In this document: in pieces, positions 20,094-28,966 of the stretch
How the letters are laid out: each line of letters starts with the position of its first letter
How positions within the stretch are numbered: position 1 is the first letter of the stretch
DNA from: an uncultured Pseudomonadales bacterium
Lineage (GTDB): Bacteria > Patescibacteriota > Microgenomatia > UBA1400 > PJMF01
Direction of reading: 5' to 3'
Length of the DNA: 48,868 nucleotides
NCBI GenBank assembly: GCA_964588685.1
Contig: CAZPQG010000001.1
Coordinates: forward strand, 76,869-125,736
Made by a program: the position numbers and the translations under genes
The notes under the pieces: model-generated
Database searches by the model: none
Told to the model about the DNA's origin: nothing
The model's input: the letters and a program-made list of their open reading frames with translations, nothing else

Positions 20094-20233
20094 TATGATT
20101 AAGCATAAATTTAAAATAAATTTAAAAATAGTTAACAAGTCAATGATAAAATATAGGATAATAATTTATTATCTAAAAAAGTAAAAGAGTTGAGAATTAA
20201 AAATAAAAATATAAAATAGCTGAGAATTTAATT

Positions 20234-21322
20234 ATGAAAATTGTTAAATTAACTGCAAACAATCAAAAGCAAATTATCAAGCAAGCAGCAACCGTACTTA
20301 AACAAGGCGGCCTTGTTATTTATCCGACTGAAACAGTTTACGGAGCCGGTGTGGATGCGGTAAGTCAAAAAGCTGTTAATAAATTATTGGCCTATAAATC
20401 CCGCCGAGAAGGCAAGCCTTTATCAATCGCTGTGGCAAATCAAAGCATGGCTGAAAAATACGTCAAGATTAATAAACAAGCTGAAGAACTATATATTAAA
20501 TTTTTGCCCGGACCTTATACTATTATTTCTAAAAGTAAAAACCAGCTAGCTCAAGGTGTCGCTTCAGAATTTAATACAATCGGCATTCGTATTCCTCAAT
20601 ATCAATTAATTTTAGATTTAGTAAAAAAATTTCAACGCCCCGTTACTGCCACTTCCGCCAATATCTCCAATAAAAAAAGACCTTATGAAATTACTGATAT
20701 TCTTAATAATATTTCACAAACACAAAAAAAATTAATTGACCTTATTATTGACGCCGGCACCTTACCTCGCAATGAACCTTCAACAGTCATAGACACTACT
20801 ATGTCAACGCCGTTAACAGTTAGAGGTAAAAGTGAAGTAGTAAAAACGGAAGACATTAAAAAAGCTTTTACTTTAACTACTAACAGTGAGCAAGAAACAA
20901 AAACTGTTGCCGGAAAAGTTCTGTTACAAAACTGGGATCAGATTAAAAGACAAGGCTTGATTGTTGCCTTAAGTGGCGAATTGGGAGCAGGGAAAACAAT
21001 TTTTGCCAAAGGTATTGCTGAATTTTTACAAATTAAAAATACTATTACTTCACCCACCTATACTTACTTAAAGGAATACGATTACAACCGTCATCAAATC
21101 AAAGGAAAATTTTATCATCTAGATTTATGGAAAATTGACGACAAACAAGATTTAGCAACCCTTAAAATAAACCACTTACCCGGTAAAAAAAATATCATTG
21201 CCATTGAATGGTGGGATCAAGTTGAATCTTTTTTACCTAATATTAAGCCTGATATCGTGGTGAAGTTAGCCATTCAAGTAAAAAATAAACGACAGTTAGC
21301 TTTTTATCAAAAAGATAAATGA
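20234..21322 (+). CDS. Fusion protein: threonylcarbamoyl-AMP synthase (TsaC/YrdC domain) plus t6A ATPase TsaE
   Basis: The N-terminal ~200 aa carry YPTETVYGAGVDA, KPLSIAV and TATSANIS (YrdC fold). The C-terminal ~150 aa carry SGELGAGKTIFAKGIA, TSPTYTY and YHLDLWKI (TsaE P-loop family). Confidence 0.8.
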   Translation: MKIVKLTANNQKQIIKQAATVLKQGGLVIYPTETVYGAGVDAVSQKAVNKLLAYKSRREGKPLSIAVANQSMAEKYVKINKQAEELYIKFLPGPYTIISKSKNQLAQGVASEFNTIGIRIPQYQLILDLVKKFQRPVTATSANISNKKRPYEITDILNNISQTQKKLIDLIIDAGTLPRNEPSTVIDTTMSTPLTVRGKSEVVKTEDIKKAFTLTTNSEQETKTVAGKVLLQNWDQIKRQGLIVALSGELGAGKTIFAKGIAEFLQIKNTITSPTYTYLKEYDYNRHQIKGKFYHLDLWKIDDKQDLATLKINHLPGKKNIIAIEWWDQVESFLPNIKPDIVVKLAIQVKNKRQLAFYQKDK

Positions 21323-21323
21323 T

Positions 21324-22598
21324 ATGAGCCATAAAAAAAATAAGCTAAAATTTAATTCTCAGGACAAACAACTGCCCTTAATTTTAGCCCTTGATACTTC
21401 TTGTGACGAAACCAGTGCTGCTGTCACTCTTGGGCGAGTAGTATTGTCGAACATTATTGCTTCACAAACCAATATTCATCAGGCTTATGGCGGCGTATAT
21501 CCGACCCTAGCCAAACGAGCTCATCAAAAAAAAATTGATCCGGTAATTAATTTGGCTCTAAAAAGAGCCGGCCTTAGTTTTACTGATCTGGATATTATTG
21601 CTGTTACCTTAGGACCGGGTTTAGCACCGGCCTTAGAAATAGGAATTAATAAAGCGCATCAATTGGCTGAAAAGTGGCGTAAGCCTCTCATAGTAGTTAA
21701 TCATATTGAGGCGCACCTTTTATCCGTCTTACTACTAAGAAAAAAACGGCATTTTCCCATTAACAAACTTTTAACCTATAAACTGGAAAATAAATTAATA
21801 CCAAAAAAAGATTTACTGCCTGCGTTGTTAAGTAATCCTAAATTATTAAGCAGTCCTAAGTTGATAAACGGTCCTAAAAAATTAACTAGTGATTTTTTAC
21901 TACCTGCATTGGGCATGGTCTTTTCCGGCGGTCATTCTCAATTTATTCACATCAACAAAATCGGACAGTATCAACTTTTAGGCGAAACAATTGATGACGC
22001 TCTAGGTGAGGCCTTAGACAAAGTAGGCCGCATGCTGGGTTTGGGTTATCCAGCCGGACCAATTATGGAAAAACTAGCCAAAAAAGGTAAAGCTGACAGA
22101 TTTGATTTTCCTTTACCAATGACCGCAGTTAAAAACTTTAATTTAAGTTATTCCGGATTAAAAACTGCTGCTCATCGAAAAATCAAACAGCTGAGAGCAA
22201 ATAAGCAATTAGACCGGCAAACCATTTTTGATTTTTCAGCCAGTTTTCAACAAGCTGCTTTTAAACATGTTGCTTATAAATTAAACAAGCTTTTACAAGC
22301 AGCACAAGCAAAAAATAAAGCCGTGCATAACAGAAAAAATCAACCTGCTTCAACAACCAATTTTAAACAAGCTTGGCTGGGAGGCGGGGTAGCCAGTAAC
22401 ATTGCTCTTAGACAAACTATTCGCGCCACTTTAAAACCTTACCAAATTCCGCTTAAAATACCATTTGAAAAAAGGCTCTGTTCTGATAATGCCGCCATAA
22501 TTGGTGTCACTGCAGCCTTTAAAATTAATTATTGTGCAAAAAAGACATTAATCAGCGAAGCTCAGAATCTTGACCGTAAACCAAACTGGAAACTTTAA
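21324..22598 (+). CDS. tsaD: tRNA N6-adenosine threonylcarbamoyltransferase TsaD with an internal insertion
   Basis: Contains ILALDTSCDETSAAV, NHIEAHL (metal His pair), SGGHSQ and GYPAGP. It starts 2 nt after the tsaC-tsaE stop. Confidence 0.85.
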   Translation: MSHKKNKLKFNSQDKQLPLILALDTSCDETSAAVTLGRVVLSNIIASQTNIHQAYGGVYPTLAKRAHQKKIDPVINLALKRAGLSFTDLDIIAVTLGPGLAPALEIGINKAHQLAEKWRKPLIVVNHIEAHLLSVLLLRKKRHFPINKLLTYKLENKLIPKKDLLPALLSNPKLLSSPKLINGPKKLTSDFLLPALGMVFSGGHSQFIHINKIGQYQLLGETIDDALGEALDKVGRMLGLGYPAGPIMEKLAKKGKADRFDFPLPMTAVKNFNLSYSGLKTAAHRKIKQLRANKQLDRQTIFDFSASFQQAAFKHVAYKLNKLLQAAQAKNKAVHNRKNQPASTTNFKQAWLGGGVASNIALRQTIRATLKPYQIPLKIPFEKRLCSDNAAIIGVTAAFKINYCAKKTLISEAQNLDRKPNWKL

Positions 22599-22708
22599 GA
22601 GCTATTAAAAAATATTCAAAACTTTTAAAGATTAATTTATTGATTTTAAAGTTTGCCTAACTAAAGAACATAGTCTTAATCAATCAAAAATGCTAAAATA
22701 GATACAGA

Positions 22709-25336
22709 ATGATAAAAGCTAAGCTAACAACTATTATTGGTTCTCCGCTGCGAGATGGCTGGGCTCATATTTTTTCCAATCCCAAACAAAATTTAACTTG
22801 TTCTTTAGCTATTAAAGGTGAAAATGCTAAAAATATCGGCCATGAGTTAGGAGAAATGCTTAATAAAGCTCAATTTAAATCGCCCAGTCAGCTGCATAAT
22901 GTGTTGCTGGACATTTTATCTAAAGCCAGAGAACATGGTGTCCAGCTTCAGTTTGCTCTATTATGGCTGCCTAAAAAAGAACAGCCGGGAAAAATTATCA
23001 GTCATCAAAACTCTGAGGCAACCACCATTGCGTCTAATCAGAACCAAAAATCTTTCAATCAAGCTGAGCAAATTAATCAAACTGAGCAAAACCAAACTCA
23101 ACAGCTGCAAAATACTCAATTCCAAACAAAACAACCCTCTATGGTTGCAGCAGCCTATCAAGGAAAAATCATTCTTAAAAGAAAGAAAAAAATCGGTACC
23201 ATAACTGAATCTGAAAAAGAAATAAAGATAATGCAGGGCTCAGTACGTAAACATGATGAGTTGGTTTTAGCCACCAGCCAATCGCTGCAAATTGAGCAAT
23301 CATTGCGGCAATTGTTTAAACAACCTGTTGCTCATCAGCAAATTAAGCAACAGCTAAACAAAAAAATAAGAATGCTCGTTGATAACTCTTTAACAGCAAT
23401 TGCTCTAGTAAAATTAGAAAATATTATTGATACAAGTTTCGCCGGTCAACAAGATGTTGGAGCAGAAAAAAATTCACCATCGGCTGCTGCCCGCAGCCAA
23501 ATTAATAGCCAAATCAAGACTGTTAATACTAAAAAATTTAAGCAGGACATCACTAATCACCTAACTGCAAAACAACCTACCAATAAACAAGTACAAGAAA
23601 AAAAAGAGGGGTTGAACATTAACAAAACAAGAGATAAAACTGAGCTGCCGGCTTCAACAAAAATTAAGCAAACAATCTTAACAAAAAAAAGAAAAAAAGA
23701 AGTTTTTGATAAATCAGATCAAAATGCCCTTCTTGAAAGAGAATCTCAAACACAAAAATCTTTATCTAAAGCCGAGCGGCAAGATGAAGATCTTAAAATA
23801 AAAATTAATTTTGAGCCATTAACAAAAGCTGCAAAACTGATTGCTAAAAATATTAAAAAAAGTTTAAAAAGAACGTTTAATTTTTTTAAAAAAAAGGAGC
23901 AGGCATTAGCTAAAAAAAATCAGGCCAACATTGCAAAAACAGAAGAAAAAAAAGCCCAAAAAACAAAAAAGAAAACTACAGAAAAAGTTGAGAAGAGGTC
24001 TAAAAAAAATGCTCAAATTAATTCTAATAAAACTATACTTGAATCTGTAAAAAAAAAGTTTAACTTATCAAAATCTTTACACTTTTCTTTCAAGAATTTC
24101 CAACTTAAAAACATTCAAAAGCAAGCAAAAAAATTAAATTCCGGACTGAAAGTAAATTCTAAAAAATTAGTTAGCTTCATCCTCAGACCAATATCAAATA
24201 AAGAAGTTTATCTTAAAAAAAATCAGTCTAAAAAACGCTCACGAATTTTATCAATAGTTTTAATCCTTATCTTATCAATAATTGCGGGCTCATTATATTT
24301 ACGAAAAATTTATCAAAATCAACAGCAAGAAGCTCAAGCCGCTTTACAACCGGCTCATCAACTATTGGAAGAGGCTGATGATGTTTTGGAAACTGATGTT
24401 ATCTCAGCTCGAGACAAAACAGCCGAAGCAATTTCCCTTATTACTCAGCAACAAAAAAAATTTGACCATGCTCGATTTACTCAAAAATATTTTACAGTAG
24501 AGTTGGAGAAGGCTCGCAGCTTTTTAACAAAAATTTCCGGCATTATAGAAGTCTCTCAATTAGAAATCTTTTCTGATTTAAGAGAAGAAGCTGCTAATTT
24601 TATATCCTCAAGCGTAACGCTAAATCAAAATTCTTTATTTTTCTTAGATGAACAGCAAAAAAAATTAGCAATCTTAAACTTAACAAGCCAAGAAACAACA
24701 ACTGTTGAATTTGCTGAAGCTGAAATTATAGATTTAGCTGCCTCAAATGATCAATTATTTCTTTTAGGCGATGGTATTCATTACTTCCCTTTAACACAAA
24801 CTGATGAGACTGCCGGGCTACAGCAATTAAAGAGCGAGGGTGACTCAGATAGAGACGCCATTTTAATTAATTTTTTTGACACCTATTTATATGTTTTTAA
24901 CCCGGAGAAACGCAATATTTATCGTTACATTGTTTCCGAAGATGATTTGTCCGAGCCCATTGGCTGGCTCATCAACAAACAAGGCATTAAATTCGATCAA
25001 ATTACATCAATGGCTGTTGACGGTTTTATTTGGTTAACAGATAAAAATGGGGACATTATTAAACTGGAAAAAGGTGAACCTTTAGAATTCAATATTTCCG
25101 GATTAGAACAATCTTTTGGCGATTCAATTAAAATTTATGCCGATGCCGATACTGAATTTTTATATGTGCTGGAACCGGATAAGAAAAGGCTAGTGGTTTT
25201 ATCACCGGATGGTGATTTTATTAAGCAAATTACTCATCAATCACTTGCAGGTGCTACTCATTTGGCTGTTAAAGAAGAGTTGTCGACAGCTTTTGCTGTT
25301 AGCGGATCAATTATCTATTCTGTGCCATTAAATTAA
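22709..25336 (+). CDS. Large hypothetical protein: N-terminal cytoplasmic domain, long K/Q-rich low-complexity region, one TM helix, C-terminal extracytoplasmic beta-rich domain
   Basis: 875-aa uninterrupted ORF. The TM helix is ILSIVLILILSIIAGSLYL near residue 520. The C-terminal ~250 aa have repeated beta-strand-like segments. No family recognised. Confidence 0.5.
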   Translation: MIKAKLTTIIGSPLRDGWAHIFSNPKQNLTCSLAIKGENAKNIGHELGEMLNKAQFKSPSQLHNVLLDILSKAREHGVQLQFALLWLPKKEQPGKIISHQNSEATTIASNQNQKSFNQAEQINQTEQNQTQQLQNTQFQTKQPSMVAAAYQGKIILKRKKKIGTITESEKEIKIMQGSVRKHDELVLATSQSLQIEQSLRQLFKQPVAHQQIKQQLNKKIRMLVDNSLTAIALVKLENIIDTSFAGQQDVGAEKNSPSAAARSQINSQIKTVNTKKFKQDITNHLTAKQPTNKQVQEKKEGLNINKTRDKTELPASTKIKQTILTKKRKKEVFDKSDQNALLERESQTQKSLSKAERQDEDLKIKINFEPLTKAAKLIAKNIKKSLKRTFNFFKKKEQALAKKNQANIAKTEEKKAQKTKKKTTEKVEKRSKKNAQINSNKTILESVKKKFNLSKSLHFSFKNFQLKNIQKQAKKLNSGLKVNSKKLVSFILRPISNKEVYLKKNQSKKRSRILSIVLILILSIIAGSLYLRKIYQNQQQEAQAALQPAHQLLEEADDVLETDVISARDKTAEAISLITQQQKKFDHARFTQKYFTVELEKARSFLTKISGIIEVSQLEIFSDLREEAANFISSSVTLNQNSLFFLDEQQKKLAILNLTSQETTTVEFAEAEIIDLAASNDQLFLLGDGIHYFPLTQTDETAGLQQLKSEGDSDRDAILINFFDTYLYVFNPEKRNIYRYIVSEDDLSEPIGWLINKQGIKFDQITSMAVDGFIWLTDKNGDIIKLEKGEPLEFNISGLEQSFGDSIKIYADADTEFLYVLEPDKKRLVVLSPDGDFIKQITHQSLAGATHLAVKEELSTAFAVSGSIIYSVPLN

Positions 25337-25591
25337 TTAGAGGTTTAAAAACTAACCGTATTGACTTAAGTAAAAATTCGCTGCCGCTATAAAATAAGCC
25401 ACTATAAAATACAGCTAATAAAATAGGCTAATAAGAGCGGTCAGTGAATCAGGGTAAAAAATAAATTTGCCCAACAAAGTTCCTCCCAAAAAGAAGCAGC
25501 GTGAGTCTCATTTTATTAATTTAATTTTTTAGATGGTAAAGTAACGGGTATAATTAAGACAAGCTTATAATTTATTTTAGCTAATTTAGAC

Positions 25592-26044
25592 ATGTTATTA
25601 CTTAAAAACCGCCGAGCCAGCTATGATTACGACATTAAAAAAACCTGGATTGCAGGGATAGTTCTTAAAGGCCATGAAGTAAAAAGCATGAGAGCAAAAG
25701 AGGGCAGTTTAAAAGGAGCTTATATCACAATTATTGATGAAGAGGCTTGGTTAATTAATGCCCGAATTAATCCTTATAAATATGCAACTTTAGATAACTA
25801 CGATCCTCAACGTTCTAGAAAACTTCTCTTATCAAAAAAAGAAATTTTTCAACTAAAGAGTGCTGTTAATAATAAAAATCTAACTTTGATACCACTGGAG
25901 GTTTTGCTGCTTAATAATCGTATTAAAATAAAAATCGGAGCTGGCAGGGGCAAAAAAGAGTATGAAAAACGAAGAAAAATTAAAAAAAGAGATTTAAAAA
26001 GAAAAATGAGGAAAAATTTTAAACAAAAAAATATTGAAATTTAA
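25592..26044 (+). CDS. smpB: SsrA-binding protein SmpB
   Basis: 150 aa. KNRRASYDYDI...GIVLKGHEVKS is the SmpB N-terminal signature, followed by a basic C-terminal tail. Confidence 0.88.
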   Translation: MLLLKNRRASYDYDIKKTWIAGIVLKGHEVKSMRAKEGSLKGAYITIIDEEAWLINARINPYKYATLDNYDPQRSRKLLLSKKEIFQLKSAVNNKNLTLIPLEVLLLNNRIKIKIGAGRGKKEYEKRRKIKKRDLKRKMRKNFKQKNIEI

Positions 26045-26130
26045 AAATTTTATTAGCTTAATAAAATCATAAAAAGCGGCCTGCTGTTTCAAATTAAATC
26101 AAGCTCAAGTAAATTAAGAAGGTAGGCTAA

Positions 26131-26158
26131 TTAGAAAGCTCAATACTTAGCTTTCTAA
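26131..26158 (+). terminator. Possible terminator hairpin downstream of smpB
   Basis: Perfect 10-bp inverted repeat TTAGAAAGCT-N8-AGCTTTCTAA, about 90 nt after the smpB stop. A T-run (TGTTTTAATT) follows only after 8 nt. Confidence 0.35.
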
Positions 26159-26225
26159 GCAAGCTGTTTTAATTCTATTTTAATTTATCAAACTTTTTAA
26201 AATTGAATCCAATTTTATAAGCGTT

Positions 26226-27716
26226 ATGTTTAATCAACAAATTATTCGCTGGCAGCATTTTTTTTACTTCATTTTACTTATTTTTTTTGCCGCAACTTTA
26301 GCCAAACCTATTAATTTAACTAGACAAGACTTGGGCAGACATATTGCTAATGGCCGAGAGCTGACTGCCGGCAATGCAAAAATATTGACACAAAATTATT
26401 ATTCCTATACTTATCCTGAAAAGGAATTTATCAACCACCATTGGCTGTTTGGTTTAATAGTCTTTGCCATAGGAGAAGCTGCTGGTTTTGCAGGCATTCA
26501 TTTATTTCATATTTTAATCTTAATAATTGCTTTTTATTTTTTTTTAAAAAATATCTATTCAGCAACAAACCATACTTTCACACTTCTTTTTGGTTTAGCA
26601 GCGGCACTCTTTTTATCTTTACGTATCGAAGTAAGACCAGAAAGCATTGGTCTTTTATTTATTACTCATTTATTGTGGCAGCTGAAAAAAATCATTGACA
26701 CTCGCCGGATAACCCAGCAACAAATATTTATCTTGCTATCACAACAGTTAGTATGGATTAATATTCATATTTCTTTTATCTTTGCTATCTTTTTAATAGT
26801 TTTGCTTTTAGGCTGCTCCTATTTTTTACAAAGCCCTAATTTAGACAAAAAAATAAACAAAAAATTGCTAATGTTATGCAGCGGCTTAATGTTAATTAGT
26901 TTATTAAATCCTAATTTACATAAAGGTTTATTGCAGCCTCTCTTAATTTTTACAGATTATGGCTATCCTATTGTTGAAAATCAAAATTTACTCTTTTTAT
27001 GGCGAGTCATTAATCATGCGCTTATTTTTCCTTACCTGCTGCTGCTACTCATTGGCTCTGGCCTATTGTGGGTCAAAGGCAAGATTTTATCTTGGTATGA
27101 AATACTACTTTGTTTTACCGGCTATCTTTTAGGATTTTTCGCTCTCAGAAATATTACTATTTTTATAGTTTTTACTTTCCCCATTTTAGCTAAATTAAGC
27201 TATGCTGCCATTAAAACCAGCTCTTTAAGCAAGCTTGAATTAAAACAAAGCCATAAACTTATCTTGATAGGTCAACTTTATTTATTTATTATCGCTTTAG
27301 CTTTATCAACAAAAATAGTAACACACACAGCTTTAGCTCAACGAAAAATAGGCTTGCTGCCCCACCAAACTCAAGCAGCGGAGTTTATTGAAGCCAATAA
27401 ACTGAAAGGCCCTATTTTCAACAACTACGATATTGGCAGTTATCTCATTTATTATCATCCGGAGTTGAAGGTATTTACCGATAATCGGCCTGAGGCATAT
27501 GGCAAAGAATTTTTTCAAAATATTTATTTACCAATGCAAACTGATCCTAAAATTTGGCAGGAAGAATTACAGCAGCACCAATTTCAGACCGTTATTTTCA
27601 GCAATCAAGATCTTACTCCTTGGGGCATAAATTTTATGAGCTACTTAAACAACGACCCTGACTGGCAAAAGATATTTCATGATAAATTTATAACCATTTG
27701 GAATAAAATGGAATAA
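26226..27716 (+). CDS. Polytopic membrane protein, possibly a GT-C-type glycosyltransferase
   Basis: About 10 or more predicted TM helices followed by a soluble C-terminal domain. The assignment rests on architecture only. Confidence 0.3.
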   Translation: MFNQQIIRWQHFFYFILLIFFAATLAKPINLTRQDLGRHIANGRELTAGNAKILTQNYYSYTYPEKEFINHHWLFGLIVFAIGEAAGFAGIHLFHILILIIAFYFFLKNIYSATNHTFTLLFGLAAALFLSLRIEVRPESIGLLFITHLLWQLKKIIDTRRITQQQIFILLSQQLVWINIHISFIFAIFLIVLLLGCSYFLQSPNLDKKINKKLLMLCSGLMLISLLNPNLHKGLLQPLLIFTDYGYPIVENQNLLFLWRVINHALIFPYLLLLLIGSGLLWVKGKILSWYEILLCFTGYLLGFFALRNITIFIVFTFPILAKLSYAAIKTSSLSKLELKQSHKLILIGQLYLFIIALALSTKIVTHTALAQRKIGLLPHQTQAAEFIEANKLKGPIFNNYDIGSYLIYYHPELKVFTDNRPEAYGKEFFQNIYLPMQTDPKIWQEELQQHQFQTVIFSNQDLTPWGINFMSYLNNDPDWQKIFHDKFITIWNKME

Positions 27717-27932
27717 AAACATTATTGAATTAATTAAACAAGAGATATTAAATCTTCGCTGCTGTTAATAAGCGGCCTATTAATTGAAAAGTTATGCAGG
27801 ATCAGTTTTAATAAGAAAGTAATAGTTAATTAATTATATTTTGCAAAAGTTTGATGCTGTTTTAAAACTTTTAATTAACCGCCGGCGGTTTTTGATCAAT
27901 TTAAAATAAAATTTACCAATCATAAAATAAAT

Positions 27933-28121
27933 ATGTCAAAAAAAATATTTTGGCCGATTTCATTAATAATTATGGGCATTATCCTCTTATGTTCTCACTT
28001 AGGCCTTTTACCCTTAACCTTCTGGTATTTATGGCCTATCATTTTAATTGTAGCTGGTTTAGGAGGCCTGCTGACAGCTGATAGAGACGAGTGGCTAAGT
28101 GAAACTAAAAAAAACGATTAA
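27933..28121 (+). CDS. Small two-helix membrane protein (LiaI/LiaF-like TM region)
   Basis: 62 aa. WPISLIIMGIILL...LWPIILIVAGLGGLL resembles the repeated hairpin TM motif of LiaF-type N-terminal regions. Confidence 0.35.
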   Translation: MSKKIFWPISLIIMGIILLCSHLGLLPLTFWYLWPIILIVAGLGGLLTADRDEWLSETKKND

Positions 28122-28241
28122 TAATAAATTGAGTCGGGAATAAAATATATAGTTTCACAACTCAACTAGATATAAAAATATTTTATTTTTATACATACAT
28201 TGATCATTTATAATAATTAAAATTAAATATAATTTAATGCT

Positions 28242-28952
28242 ATGAGCCAAAAAACATTTCAAATCGCTATTGATGGACCAGTCGCAGCCGGAAAAGGAAC
28301 AATTTCTCGACTTATCGCTGATAAACTTGACTTTTTATATGTTGATACCGGAGCTATGTACCGAATTGTGGCTTTGTTAGGCATTGAAAATAAAGTTGAT
28401 TTAGATAATGAAGAAAAATTAGCTCCTTTAATTGCAGGCACTGAAATTACAATGCGCAATCCGACTAAAGCTGAAATGGATGGAAGGCTAACCACAGTAC
28501 TTTTAAACGACAAAGACGTTTCTTGGGACATTAGAACTGAAGAAATCAGTGAAGGTGCTTCCAGGGTCGCTGAACATCCGAAAGTAAGAGATGAGCTAAT
28601 TAAAAAACAACAAGAAATTGCTCAACAGCAAAATGTGGTGATGGAAGGCCGAGATATTACCTATCGGGTTTTACCAAATGCGGATCTCAAAATATTTTTA
28701 ACTGCCAACAAAGTTGTTAGAGCTAAAAGAAGACATTTCGAACTGTTAACTAAAGGCGTTGACATAGACTTTGATGAAGTTTTTCAGAATTTAGTCCAAC
28801 GAGATGAAAGAGACAGGCAGAGAGAAGTTAGTCCTTTAAAAAAGGAGCCGGAAGCTTGGTTAATTGACACTAGTGATTTATCTATTAAACAAGTAGTTAA
28901 TTTAATTATGTCAAAAGTAAAAATCCTCATGGAGAACAAAAAGAATAATTAA
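28242..28952 (+). CDS. cmk: Cytidylate kinase
   Basis: IAIDGPVAAGKGTISRLIADKLDFLYVDTGAMYR is the classical bacterial Cmk N-terminus. 236 aa. Confidence 0.9.
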   Translation: MSQKTFQIAIDGPVAAGKGTISRLIADKLDFLYVDTGAMYRIVALLGIENKVDLDNEEKLAPLIAGTEITMRNPTKAEMDGRLTTVLLNDKDVSWDIRTEEISEGASRVAEHPKVRDELIKKQQEIAQQQNVVMEGRDITYRVLPNADLKIFLTANKVVRAKRRHFELLTKGVDIDFDEVFQNLVQRDERDRQREVSPLKKEPEAWLIDTSDLSIKQVVNLIMSKVKILMENKKNN

Positions 28953-28966
28953 ATCTTGTTTTTTAG

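Noticed and set aside
22899-23204. Internal alternative-frame ORFs within the 875-aa gene (22899-23204, 22961-23161, 24282-24500), and similar ones inside other long genes (4110-4358, 9237-9431, 15930-16124, 26441-26698, 27333-27518, 28259-28531, 29550-29768, 32065-32247, 33263-33478, 34134-34352, 38140-38376, 39871-40083, 39995-40225, 41854-42054, 46183-46413)
   Set aside because: Each is nested within or mostly overlaps a longer ORF that carries recognisable domains or membrane topology. AT-rich, low-complexity DNA readily yields such frames.
25337-25591. Possible tmRNA or SRP RNA upstream of smpB, plus degenerate CTATAAAATA / CTAATAAAATA repeats at 25387-25435
   Set aside because: There is no tRNA-like acceptor/T-arm, no GGGGCTGA-type 5' end, and no SRP domain IV hairpin (the AGCAGC and TCAGG pieces are 45 nt apart and do not pair). 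The ~14-nt repeats are imperfect and AT-rich, so chance or slippage is the simplest explanation.
27877-27893. GC-rich palindrome AACCGCCGGCGGTT followed by TTT, a possible terminator
   Set aside because: It is a plausible terminator shape, but it lies about 160 nt from the nearest upstream stop (27716) with no gene in between. The palindrome has essentially no loop. I left it unassigned.
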